64,000 nucleotides of DNA from Calditrichota bacterium (GTDB lineage Bacteria; Electryoneota; AABM5-125-24; Hatepunaeales; Hatepunaeaceae): positions 482 to 64,481 of the forward strand of contig JABGPL010000011.1 of the NCBI GenBank assembly GCA_018644935.1, given 5' to 3'. Every line of letters starts with the position of its first letter. The first letter of the stretch is position 1. The translations under genes were made by a program, and so were the position numbers. Positions 1 through 9,791 of this stretch are shown here, one piece after another. The notes under the pieces were generated by a model, which was given only the letters and a program-made list of their open reading frames with translations, was not told where the DNA came from and searched no databases.

Positions 1-356
1 GGTTCCTCCCATGTACTGATGATTTCAAAGTTGTCTCTTCTCAGGATTGAGAACCCTTGAAAAAAATCACGTGAGAAAATGTAGGAGTCAGTTACAAACA
101 CGTCGGTGGAATAGAGTTGATCAGTTTGATCAATGATTTCAGCCCATCTATTAGGATAACTTACAACCTGGATTCCCGTTTGTCCTGTTGAAATATAGGA
201 GAGATTTCCAACAGCATCGATTCCTAATGCACGATCCCAGTAGTTAAAACGACTGGAAACAAAACTCACACCTGAGCTGTCCTGTGCATGAAGCGTAATT
301 ATCGATGTCAGAATTACCAAAGATATAAAAAACAAAAATCTTTTAATCTTATTCAC
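1..356 (-). CDS. N-terminal part of a secreted protein, possibly LVIVD-repeat/beta-propeller-like; runs off the window start
   Basis: Manual translation: GTG at 356 with AGGAG RBS (363-367). Reads MNKIKRFLFFISLVILTSIITLHA|QDSSGVSFVSSRFNYWDRALGIDAVGNLSYISTGQTGIQVV..., open to position 1. Absent from the ORF track because it has no stop in the window. Confidence 0.75.
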   Translation of the reverse strand, partial: MNKIKRFLFFISLVILTSIITLHAQDSSGVSFVSSRFNYWDRALGIDAVGNLSYISTGQTGIQVVSYPNRWAEIIDQTDQLYSTDVFVTDSYIFSRDFFQGFSILRRDNFEIISTWEE

Positions 357-743
357 GTTAGACTCCTGATATGAAGCAATCTGGAAATGACACCTTCCAC
401 AAATATAGTCAAAATAAGTCCCTATAAAAATTAGTGAAAAGAATTTGCATATCCAATTCCATTCAGTATTTTCAGAATCTTTGTGCTATTGCAGCTAATA
501 GCACAAAGTTAGGAACTAAATGACGAATATGATAAGCTGATAGCAGGTTTGTATACGTTGGTACTCCCATGAGAATTGTTTGAATCTGAAAAATGAAGCT
601 ACCTACCTATTGTTTTATTTGGCAATAGAATAGTATCATTCAGAAATGGTTATCTGGAATCAGTCGGCTGACTGATGGTGGGGCAGGAATGTCCGACCTC
701 TTGTTTAATACTCTCTGTGCGTTTTGAAATACATAAGGTCACG

Positions 744-2411
744 ATGAAAAAAATGTTCATAATGGTCGTTATTCTGCTACTGCTCTTCAATAATGGTTAT
801 TGTAACAATAAATGGTGGGTATTTTTCAATGACAAAGGTAGTTCCAGCCTTGATATAAACTCACAGTTTGTTGATCTGAAAAAGGACTGGCCGGAGCGAT
901 CTTTGAAGCGTCGTTTAATGTCTGGGGTGAACCTCAGCAATGAAGATTTACCGATAGATGATAAATACATCGAGTATGTTCTCATCTGTGGTGCCCAAAT
1001 CGTTGTTAAATCACGCTGGATGAATGCTGTAAGTGTTATTGGAGATAATAAGGCAATTGAGGAAATAGAGAAATTATCATGTGTTAAAGGTGTGCAGCAT
1101 GTGAAGAGAGCATACAGAGCCGAAGTTGAGCTGGTGGAGATAAGTGATGAGGAGTTGAACTTCAATGAAGTCTCTATGGGCGGAATACCACAGGGATTAT
1201 ATGGATTGTCTTATCGACAGGCAGAACAGGTGGGGGTTATTGAAGCACACGCTCGTGGATTTACAGGCGCAGGTGTATTGCTGGGAATTTTGGATACAGG
1301 ATTTCAACTTGATCACAGGGCATTTGCGGGGATGGAGCTATTAGCTCAATACGACTTCATCAATAATGATGCTGATCCATCATATGATTACCGAACCGAT
1401 GGGAGAGGTCAGCCTAATCATGGCAGTGGATGTTTGTCCGTTATTGCGGGTTTCGAACCCGGCCGATTGGTCGGGATTGCACCGAAAGTTGCTGTTGCCG
1501 TTGGCAAGACAGAGATGACAGGTACTGAGATGTTGCTTGAAGAAGATTACTGGGTGGTAGGAATAGAATGGCTTGAATGGCTCGGGGTAGATGTTGTTTC
1601 GAGCTCGCTTTCCTACCGGGATTGGTATGGCATAGAAGACTACGACGGCATAACTTCTGTAGCCTCACTTGCAGCTCAACGTGCCTTCGAGCTTGGTGTC
1701 GTGATCTGTAACTCCGCGGGAAATTCAGGTCCTGAGATGGTCACAATAGGCGCACCCGCAGATTCGCCAGGTGTACTTGCCATTGCAGCGGTAGATTCAG
1801 CCGGTGAGGTTACAGGATTTTCGTCAAGAGGACCATCTTCAGACGGCAGATTGAAGCCGGATGTTGCCGCGATGGGTAGACAGGTCGTCTGCATTCGTCC
1901 GCAGACATGGGATAAATACAGCAGATGGAACGGGACCTCTCTTTCATGTCCGATTGTGGCTGGTGTTGTGGCACTGATACGGGAAGCACATCCCGATTGG
2001 ACAGCTCAGGAAGTCGTAACAGCCTTGAAAGAGACAGCTAATCGATCAGAGAGACCTGATTATAGTTATGGATTCGGTATCGTCAATGCAACCGCTGCTA
2101 TAGACTATCCGGCAATTTCAGGACGAATAGTTTTTGCAAAGGACAATAATACAGATGCTTCAAATCAAATTGACAATGTGAACCTTCACGATTACTCACT
2201 TGTTGAAATATCCCTAACGGGAAAAAGAACAGTCCGGGATGTTAAGCCCAACAGAGACGGGTTATATGTTATCGCAAATCTACCAGATGATGATTATAGA
2301 TTGCGAGTTTACTACGATGGATACAAGGTTTTTGATCGAGATGGATTTTCCTTACCCCCTACAATACAATACGATATTGTATTATACACCAGTTCGTTTT
2401 CCAAAATGTAA
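744..2411 (+). CDS. Secreted subtilisin-like S8 serine peptidase with N-terminal prodomain and C-terminal beta-sandwich
   Basis: Catalytic motifs LDTG (Asp), HGSG (His), SAGNSG (oxyanion Asn), FSSRGP, KPDVAA, GTSLS (Ser). Signal peptide begins at ATG 744 (MKKMFIMVVILLLLF); the ORF track starts at 675. Confidence 0.93.
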   Translation: MKKMFIMVVILLLLFNNGYCNNKWWVFFNDKGSSSLDINSQFVDLKKDWPERSLKRRLMSGVNLSNEDLPIDDKYIEYVLICGAQIVVKSRWMNAVSVIGDNKAIEEIEKLSCVKGVQHVKRAYRAEVELVEISDEELNFNEVSMGGIPQGLYGLSYRQAEQVGVIEAHARGFTGAGVLLGILDTGFQLDHRAFAGMELLAQYDFINNDADPSYDYRTDGRGQPNHGSGCLSVIAGFEPGRLVGIAPKVAVAVGKTEMTGTEMLLEEDYWVVGIEWLEWLGVDVVSSSLSYRDWYGIEDYDGITSVASLAAQRAFELGVVICNSAGNSGPEMVTIGAPADSPGVLAIAAVDSAGEVTGFSSRGPSSDGRLKPDVAAMGRQVVCIRPQTWDKYSRWNGTSLSCPIVAGVVALIREAHPDWTAQEVVTALKETANRSERPDYSYGFGIVNATAAIDYPAISGRIVFAKDNNTDASNQIDNVNLHDYSLVEISLTGKRTVRDVKPNRDGLYVIANLPDDDYRLRVYYDGYKVFDRDGFSLPPTIQYDIVLYTSSFSKM

Positions 2412-2436
2412 CCTGGAAATGCATGTCTTGTCGAAT

Positions 2437-4539
2437 TTATGCCTTTGAGTCGAATATGCTCCTGATAGTCTTGGTTAACTTCTTGATACCAAACGGTTTT
2501 TCTAAATAGGGGATTGAATCGTAATTCATTTCCTCATTTTCACATGCCCTACTCGAAGATCCCGACATGTAGAGGATATGCATGTCTTTCCATCGTTTAT
2601 GCATTTTTCTTCCTAGCAGCTTTCCCCCGATTCCAGGCATGACGAGGTCAGTAATTAATAGGTCAACAGGTTTATCCAAATTACCTGAAACTTCTAATGC
2701 GTCTTCACCGCTTGATGCTGTGTAAACCCGATATCCCTGTGACATGAGGATGTTTTTAATTGTCTCTCTAATATGCTCTTCATCCTCGACTAACAGGATT
2801 GATTCATTCCCATTGAGAATTTCATTAGTCTTTGATACTTTTCTCTTCTCTTTTGATTTTTGGTCTACAGCAGGGATATAGATTTTAAAGGTTGTACCCT
2901 GATCCTCTTTGCTGTCTATCAGGACATGTCCATTACACTGTTCAATAATTCCATATACTGTTGATAGTCCTATACCAGTTCCTTTTCCAGTTTCTTTGGT
3001 AGTGAAAAATGGTTCGAAAGCCTGTGCTATAGCTTCAGGTGGCATACCATGTCCGGTATCACTGACTTCGATCAATGCGTAATAACCAGGTTTTACATCA
3101 GGATGTAATGTAGCATAATTTTCATCGAGGCGAATATTCCTCGTCTTGATTTTTAGCTTTCCGCCGTCCGGCATCGCATCTCTTGCATTTACTGCAAGGT
3201 TAAAGATAATTTGTTCCAACTGGCACGAATCAATTAGTACAGAGGCTAATTCCCTATCTGGCATGAGGAGCATATCAATATCCTCACCAATAATCCGCCT
3301 TAACAACAATTCCATTTTGTTAAGAGCCGAATTGATCTCAAGGACTTCAGGATTTGCGTTTTTCTTCCGACTGAATTCTAAGAGCTGGCCGGTCAGATCT
3401 ATTGATGATGAGGCAGCCATATCAATTTGCTTAAGTGACTCTTGAAGGGGATCATCGGAATTGAGCGAGGCCAGTTCCAATTGAGAATTTACTATTATAA
3501 CAGTTAGTAGATTGTTCAAATCGTGCACTACCCCCCTTGCCAGTTCACTAAAAGCCTCCATTCTCTGAGCATGTAAGAATTTATGGTGTAGAACTTTAAA
3601 TTTGGTGACATCCTGACAAACTAATACACCACCAGTAATCTCATTGCCTATACCTCGCCTCGGAGCCCCAAACACATTGATGTGTTTTGTATTACCAGAA
3701 AAAGATTCTATTTCGACATCATAATAATAAATTTCCTCGCCGCTTAAAATCTGATCGATGAAGCCTGGGTTATCGCTTTTCAATTTTGAACTTTGGAATT
3801 TGTTGAGAATTTTAAATGCTTTCAGTTCCTTATCAATTTCACCAGCTTCAAGAGTATTAATAAATGCTTTGTTCGTAAACTGAACTTCACCAAAAGGATC
3901 AAAATACACAATACCTACTGGAACTAAATCGGAGATAGTCTTGTTGAGCTTCTCAGAGTCACGCAGTCGATTAACAACATCAACTCTTTTGGAAATATCA
4001 CGCAAGACCGCTGCAAATTCGCCTTTGCGTGGAGAGAATACCTGAACATTGTAATACGAACCTAAGTCTTTAAAATAGGTGTCGAATTCTTCTGGTATCC
4101 CTGTCTGAGCAACTCTGGAATATTTATCAAGGTGGGCTATTCTCTTTCTGCGAAAGTGCTCTTTAGCCGTTTTTCCAAGAAGTTCTTCACGATTGCAGCC
4201 AGAGATTAGCTTATATTGATGGTTCACTTCCCTGAATACAAAATCTATTGGTGTGCCCTCTGAATTATAAATTATTTCACAGAAAGCAACAGCCTCGTTC
4301 AAGTTGTTGAAAAGTGATCCCATTTTGTAATTCTCTTCACTCAGAACATCATCATACTTGTCCCAGGTGTTTCCCCCATTGATTGACAATTCAGTATCAG
4401 CTAAGGAAAATGTGTTCTTTTTTGAAAACCTACGCGTCTGAGTTGGCAACCGAAGCCAGTCACCTCTTGTTGGATCAACAAAACTGTGTTGAATGTTCTT
4501 GCTAGGTTCTAACATATCAGCGAATTGATCAAGTTCCAA
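2437..4539 (-). CDS. Cytoplasmic PAS-PAS hybrid sensor histidine kinase/receiver (CckA-like architecture)
   Basis: H-box VHDLNNLLT, N-box NLAVNARDAM, G1 DTGHGM, F-box FEPFFTTK, G2 GTGIGL, receiver LLVEDE...DLLITDLVMP...KPF. Two PAS-like segments. AGGAG upstream of the TTG start. Confidence 0.93.
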   Translation of the reverse strand: MELDQFADMLEPSKNIQHSFVDPTRGDWLRLPTQTRRFSKKNTFSLADTELSINGGNTWDKYDDVLSEENYKMGSLFNNLNEAVAFCEIIYNSEGTPIDFVFREVNHQYKLISGCNREELLGKTAKEHFRRKRIAHLDKYSRVAQTGIPEEFDTYFKDLGSYYNVQVFSPRKGEFAAVLRDISKRVDVVNRLRDSEKLNKTISDLVPVGIVYFDPFGEVQFTNKAFINTLEAGEIDKELKAFKILNKFQSSKLKSDNPGFIDQILSGEEIYYYDVEIESFSGNTKHINVFGAPRRGIGNEITGGVLVCQDVTKFKVLHHKFLHAQRMEAFSELARGVVHDLNNLLTVIIVNSQLELASLNSDDPLQESLKQIDMAASSSIDLTGQLLEFSRKKNANPEVLEINSALNKMELLLRRIIGEDIDMLLMPDRELASVLIDSCQLEQIIFNLAVNARDAMPDGGKLKIKTRNIRLDENYATLHPDVKPGYYALIEVSDTGHGMPPEAIAQAFEPFFTTKETGKGTGIGLSTVYGIIEQCNGHVLIDSKEDQGTTFKIYIPAVDQKSKEKRKVSKTNEILNGNESILLVEDEEHIRETIKNILMSQGYRVYTASSGEDALEVSGNLDKPVDLLITDLVMPGIGGKLLGRKMHKRWKDMHILYMSGSSSRACENEEMNYDSIPYLEKPFGIKKLTKTIRSIFDSKA

Positions 4540-5121
4540 TGTAAACTCCTAACTATGCAAATCGTATATTAATGATAAAACACCAACGTACGGCATTCCG
4601 GATATAGAATTATGAGTTTGAAAGACAGTAAATTCGTCAGAATATTTTTTGTCTTTATAAAAGCAGTTCTGTTTAATTCCGATCACTAATTCCAATCATC
4701 TGGTCGGATGAGTCTCAAAAATTGCTTGTTTTCTCAAACTTTCTGGGATCAATATCAGACCCTTTCGTTTGTGATATACACCAAAAAAACGTTTAATTAT
4801 TGTTTGAAAAACTATTTTTGAAAAAAAAATACCTTTCTTTTCTAACAATAAATTTGTATCTTCAATAAGAGTATTTATGCAAAATTGCATAGCAAGTTAC
4901 TGTTTTTCTTACAGTGTTCGCCCAATAAATACAGGATTGGCATGACCAACGGGTATTCCTTTTAGCCCATTTAGGGTTTACAGATGTATTAATCCTGAAC
5001 ATCGATTTCCAAAATCGAAATTGGGATAAATGAAGTTGTCCGTGCAGATGTTTTTGAATTTCTCCGTTTCTGATTTGTTTATGGAGAAGAACATCGCAAT
5101 CGAAAAGAAAGGGATACCGTC

Positions 5122-5733
5122 ATGTACAAAAAATTGTTATTATTAATTCCGGTAATACTCCTGACCGGATGTTACACAATGCTATACCCTCCCCCTGAGT
5201 ACTTCACTTACGAAGAAGCATATCCCGATTCACTTTTAGATTCCAGCGTAGTTAACGGTGTGAATATCAACATTTACAATAATATTGATAATGAATATCT
5301 CGGTCGTTACTATCAGGATTCAAGATATTTTCGTCATTACGGATGGTATGACGACTATTATTGGGATCCATATTATTACAATTATGATAGTTATCATCAC
5401 CACCATAACTGGGATCGTAATCGGTATCGAGTGGGTAGAGGTCACTGGGATGGCAAAGTACGTAAGCCTGAACGAAAAAGAAGGACTGATAATCTCAGGC
5501 GTGAATCCAATATGCCTATTTCGCCAGAGTATGTTGCGCCTGTAGGTTCCAAATCACCTGCGCCATCCTCTGGTGCCGCCTGGAATCCAAAAACATCGCC
5601 CGTAAAAGAGGCTAAGGAAGAGCCAAAGAAGCGAAAAGTCAGGTCAATCGAAAAGGAAAGTAAAGAAAAACAACCTGAAACAGAGAAAAAAGAAGGAAAA
5701 AAAGAGCGTCGAAAAGACTCACCGCGGAGATAA
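5122..5733 (+). CDS. Hypothetical lipoprotein with Tyr/His-rich middle and charged disordered tail
   Basis: Lipobox LLTGC after a short hydrophobic stretch; lies 2 nt upstream of the next gene. Confidence 0.7.
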   Translation: MYKKLLLLIPVILLTGCYTMLYPPPEYFTYEEAYPDSLLDSSVVNGVNINIYNNIDNEYLGRYYQDSRYFRHYGWYDDYYWDPYYYNYDSYHHHHNWDRNRYRVGRGHWDGKVRKPERKRRTDNLRRESNMPISPEYVAPVGSKSPAPSSGAAWNPKTSPVKEAKEEPKKRKVRSIEKESKEKQPETEKKEGKKERRKDSPRR

Positions 5734-5735
5734 TA

Positions 5736-6878
5736 ATGAAAACAATAAACTTAGTTGCAGCCGTAATCATCTTGTTTTTAATATCCAGTGCTTCCGCTCA
5801 AGTAAAAGACGACTTGTTACGCCCATTCTTCGGATTCTATGATTCACAATCTCTTACAAATGCCATCGGACATGCCACGGTAGCGTCCGGTCACTTAATT
5901 CCTGGAAAAACCAGTAATCCTGCCAATCTTGGGATGCATAGGTTTTATCATCTCACCGGTTGTTTTGTCAATGGTCAGTTTGAGAGTGATAACAGCAACA
6001 TATCTAACCTGAACATTGGGGGAGTATACGCAATTCTGCCTTACAAAGTGTTTCAGGGAAGTATGGTGGTTGGTCTCGGAATTCAAAGGGATATAGATTT
6101 CTCGGGTGGTTCAAAGGACAATTCGTATGAAATCCTGGAAGAGGGTGGATTGTATTCAACACAGGCTGGTATTGCTGTTGAATTCGTCGAAAACTTGTTT
6201 GTAGGAGCAGAAGTTTCTTATCTAAGGGGAGAGGATGAGGTTTCAAAACTTGGGCTTCAAAATTCAACACACCTGAATCCCGATTATAGTGGTTTCGAAG
6301 CCTCGCTTGGATTTGTACAGATGTTGTCGCCACACGCTCAGATGGGAGCTTCCATTCAATTACCGTCTTATGTTTGGGTTGACGAAGTAATTACGAGCTG
6401 GCCAACCGATAGCACTGAATTGGCGTTAAGGGATTTGACCGAGTATACTCTCAGAAAACCGCTGGCTTTTCATGCCGGATTTGCAGTCATGTATGAGTAT
6501 ATTAATCTCTTTTACGAGTGGGAATGGACAGATTGGCGAAATCTCGAATTCTCTTCGGATGAGTATTTTGCAGGTGATGTTATTGAGATCAACAATGAAA
6601 TTCAGGGAGAAATGAAGGCTACTTCAACTCATCATATTGGAATGGCAGTCCATCCACCCTGGATTCCCCTGCATGTTTACACGGGTTATCAATATATGCC
6701 AACCCAATATTCCGGGGCATACGATGGAAACCGTCGACAATCGTTGAGTTTCGGTTTATCTTATGTGTTGAACCAACAGATGAGTATTCACACTTCAAGC
6801 ACAAGATATTATTGGAAATACTTAGGTGAAAAAGAAAATTTCACCCAGTTAGTTTTCGGTTTTTCGCTTCATTACTAA
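5736..6878 (+). CDS. Outer-membrane beta-barrel protein (FadL/PorV-like)
   Basis: Signal peptide SASA|Q, SNPANLG motif typical of the FadL-like N-terminus, alternating beta-strand pattern, aromatic C-terminus (FSLHY). Confidence 0.65.
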   Translation: MKTINLVAAVIILFLISSASAQVKDDLLRPFFGFYDSQSLTNAIGHATVASGHLIPGKTSNPANLGMHRFYHLTGCFVNGQFESDNSNISNLNIGGVYAILPYKVFQGSMVVGLGIQRDIDFSGGSKDNSYEILEEGGLYSTQAGIAVEFVENLFVGAEVSYLRGEDEVSKLGLQNSTHLNPDYSGFEASLGFVQMLSPHAQMGASIQLPSYVWVDEVITSWPTDSTELALRDLTEYTLRKPLAFHAGFAVMYEYINLFYEWEWTDWRNLEFSSDEYFAGDVIEINNEIQGEMKATSTHHIGMAVHPPWIPLHVYTGYQYMPTQYSGAYDGNRRQSLSFGLSYVLNQQMSIHTSSTRYYWKYLGEKENFTQLVFGFSLHY

Positions 6879-6900
6879 CCTACAAACGAATGACTGGTAA

Positions 6901-7269
6901 CTAAACCGCGTCGGGATCACGGTGCATTATTCCGAATATATTGCCTTCAGTGTCTTTACAATAAGCGAAGTAACCCACACCCGGGATGGGGATTTTGGCT
7001 GTGATAGCCTCACCGCCAGATGATTTAATTTTTTCCATGTACTCGTCAACACTGGGAACGCTAATTGTGTTGGTCACCGGGGGCAATAACTCATCACGCG
7101 GCATTAATGCGCCGTTTATGCCTGCCTCGCCTTCTCCTTCAGAATAGACGAGATGGTAGTCGCCCGAATCTCCCCATTTCTCAATCCGCCATCCAAAAAC
7201 ATCCTTGTAGAATTCAATAGCGCGTTCTAACTCATCACAGCCTATTTCAAAATGAAATACTCTTGGCAT
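6901..7269 (-). CDS. VOC/glyoxalase family protein
   Basis: HFEI..D.ERAIEFYKDVFGW, GINGAL and IPGVGYFAYCKDTEGN.FG motifs; GGGAG RBS. Confidence 0.92.
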   Translation of the reverse strand: MPRVFHFEIGCDELERAIEFYKDVFGWRIEKWGDSGDYHLVYSEGEGEAGINGALMPRDELLPPVTNTISVPSVDEYMEKIKSSGGEAITAKIPIPGVGYFAYCKDTEGNIFGIMHRDPDAV

Positions 7270-7300
7270 GCTCCCTCCCTAGTGTTTTAGCTTTGAATAA

Positions 7301-7828
7301 TCAGAAATCAATTCCTTTTCGGGATTCAACTCCTTTCTGGTAATAGTGTTTGATCTCTTTCATTTCTGTAACAAGATCAGCATATTCGAACCAGTTTTCC
7401 GGACAGTATCTCCCGGTCAGAATTAACTCAGTCGTATCTGACCAATTGGTGAACAGTTCTATGACATCTTCATTTTTGCATAATCCGAAATGACATACTG
7501 TACTAATCTCATCGAGAATAACTACATCATAAGATGATATCTTCAGGGTCTCCTTTGCAAACTCTAAACCAGATTTTATTTCTTGTATCTCTGTCTTATT
7601 GGGGGGGCGTTTTTCAAGGACATGGTCATCACTGCCAATTGTTTCAATGGTGACAAAGCTAGAGAATTGTTTTAAAGATTCTAACTCAGTGTATGGGAAG
7701 CCTTTTTTCATAAACTGAACTAATAAACATTTATAGTTAGAGGCAACAGCTCTCAGCAAAATGCCGAGAGCCGCAGTAGTCTTACCTTTTCCATTGCCTG
7801 TATAGATCTGAATGCATCCGCGATCCAT
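7301..7828 (-). CDS. btuR: Cob(I)yrinic acid a,c-diamide adenosyltransferase (CobO/BtuR type)
   Basis: IQIYTGNGKGKTTAALG P-loop, VQFMK, ILDE, ELILTGR, ADLVTEMKEIKHYY...GIDF. Confidence 0.93.
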   Translation of the reverse strand: MDRGCIQIYTGNGKGKTTAALGILLRAVASNYKCLLVQFMKKGFPYTELESLKQFSSFVTIETIGSDDHVLEKRPPNKTEIQEIKSGLEFAKETLKISSYDVVILDEISTVCHFGLCKNEDVIELFTNWSDTTELILTGRYCPENWFEYADLVTEMKEIKHYYQKGVESRKGIDF

Positions 7829-7835
7829 GAGAACC

Positions 7836-9266
7836 TTAATAGATGAAGTTCACGCTGATGCCACCGGTTTTTACTGAATGATCCCATTCACCCCCAACGT
7901 TATCCCAGCTATGATCACCATCGATATTCGCTGATGTAACGTCTTTGACTATCGTCTGTGTGTACTCCCAGTATCCATCGATATATAGTCTCTTGGTGAT
8001 GTCAAATCGTGCACCGAGACTTAAGCTGTGGTTATCACCATAATCATTCATTATTGGCAATCGAGTCTCATCGGGAACAGGGGTTGTTTCAAAATAGTAT
8101 CCACCTCTAACCCAGAATCCACCTGGAACCTTTGCATCCAAACCAAATGAGAATTTGTAAGAGTCATCATATAACAATGGGATTTTTTTGTCCCTCAGGT
8201 CTTCTTCTCTGGGACCTTTCGATCCGGGGTCCATTTTGATATTGAAGTTTTTAATCAGGCTCCAATGGGTCCGTTTAACGTCGAATGCGACCGTTAAGTC
8301 CTTCATTGGGCGATAGGAAACACCAACTGTGCTACTCATCGGAATCATCAAGTCCATTTCAGCACCTGAAACGGAAGTTGCGGTACCACCAACAGCTCCT
8401 TCTACTCCCGATATTGTTGGTGTGATTAGATTTTGGGTAAAATCACCATCAATTGGAATGTAGATTGGTGTTTTGACTGAAAACCCAAAATTCATATTGC
8501 TGGTGAGTTTATATAATAAGCCAAAATTAAGACCAAACCCCAGACCAGTTCCATCTAAAGTCTCATCAATATAGATCCGTGCCCAGCGATACCCTGGAAT
8601 TGATCTACTGACATTCGGAGTTTGCATTGTTAATGAAGCATATTGTAGACTCAGTCCCAAACCAATCTGAATCTTTTGGTCAACTTTATATGCAATTGTT
8701 GGATGAACGTCTATTACCTTCAAATCGCTGTACCAGGCTCTCTCAGGATAAGGAACTGTGTTCCCATAATCTTCAGGTGGTCCGGTGAACAAGCCAATCC
8801 ACTCTGTGGTTCTGTAAGCTGGTGAAAAAACAGCAAGTCCAGCTGTCAGTGAGCGATTAATCCGGTATGTTCCACCTACGCTGCCCAGCGGTGTAAATTC
8901 TTTAGTTGTGTTAAAGGTCTCACCATTGGTATAGTGTAAATATCCATCGGCGTCAATGGTTTCATCGGCTTTCAAACTGCTTGAAGGTCTTAAAATTTTG
9001 GCAGTTAAATTGACTGAAGCTCTTTGACCGGCAATGCCAGCTGGATTCCAATACATTGCGCTCCAATCATCGGCTATAGAAACGTAGGCTCCTGCCATAC
9101 CAAGAGCTTTTGTTCCTACACCGGATAACATATATCCGTTTGCAAACAGAACACCGGATGGAATGGTTAGTATTATCGATAGAATGATAATACCTGAAAT
9201 GATCTTTTTGCTAATCAATTTTCGTTCCTGTTTTTTTTTAACGATGCCAAAACCTGAAATCCGCAA
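7836..9266 (-). CDS. OmpP1/FadL family outer-membrane transporter; true start may be TTG near 9218
   Basis: ANGY..GVGTKALGMAGAYVSIADDWSAMYWNPAG hatch motif, beta-barrel strands, terminal Y. Confidence 0.88.
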   Translation of the reverse strand: MRISGFGIVKKKQERKLISKKIISGIIILSIILTIPSGVLFANGYMLSGVGTKALGMAGAYVSIADDWSAMYWNPAGIAGQRASVNLTAKILRPSSSLKADETIDADGYLHYTNGETFNTTKEFTPLGSVGGTYRINRSLTAGLAVFSPAYRTTEWIGLFTGPPEDYGNTVPYPERAWYSDLKVIDVHPTIAYKVDQKIQIGLGLSLQYASLTMQTPNVSRSIPGYRWARIYIDETLDGTGLGFGLNFGLLYKLTSNMNFGFSVKTPIYIPIDGDFTQNLITPTISGVEGAVGGTATSVSGAEMDLMIPMSSTVGVSYRPMKDLTVAFDVKRTHWSLIKNFNIKMDPGSKGPREEDLRDKKIPLLYDDSYKFSFGLDAKVPGGFWVRGGYYFETTPVPDETRLPIMNDYGDNHSLSLGARFDITKRLYIDGYWEYTQTIVKDVTSANIDGDHSWDNVGGEWDHSVKTGGISVNFIY

Positions 9267-9791
9267 AAGCTGACTTGTCGAATATCGTCTTTTCTCAAAA
9301 CAAATCGAGGCACTAAATCACAACCCTGTTTTTAATATATAAACAGGAAATACAGAGACAAGTGTACAGTCAACAAAACATTAACTTTGTTCTGTTTATT
9401 ACCACATTTTCAGAACTGTTAACAATTGCTTAAGGAATAGTACTAATTTTGGTTTACAGTTGGGTCAAATGAACGGTACTTTGCCCCCTGTTCCCGGATT
9501 AACAACATCCTCAAACTGCAATACGTAGAATATGTCAAAGGTGGTTGATATCTGCGAAGTAAAAATTGGAGAAACAATATTCCACGTCATTCAGGAAAGA
9601 TAGCAAGTTTAATTCAAAATTCAAACAGTAATTCGGTAAGATAGAAGATTTAAGCAAATCCGACTTAATCTCGGCACTTATCCCTGCACTCAACTTTGAA
9701 TTACCTGACAGGCTTGGCAAAATATTGGTTGTAAGTGAAGTCTCAGTGGATTAAATTGTAATGTCTGTGCCTATTAATACTAAGGAATTCC

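Noticed and set aside
9267-9791. Cobalamin riboswitch upstream of the fadL-btuR genes
   Set aside because: No B12-box or GGGAA core could be recognised in the intergenic region.
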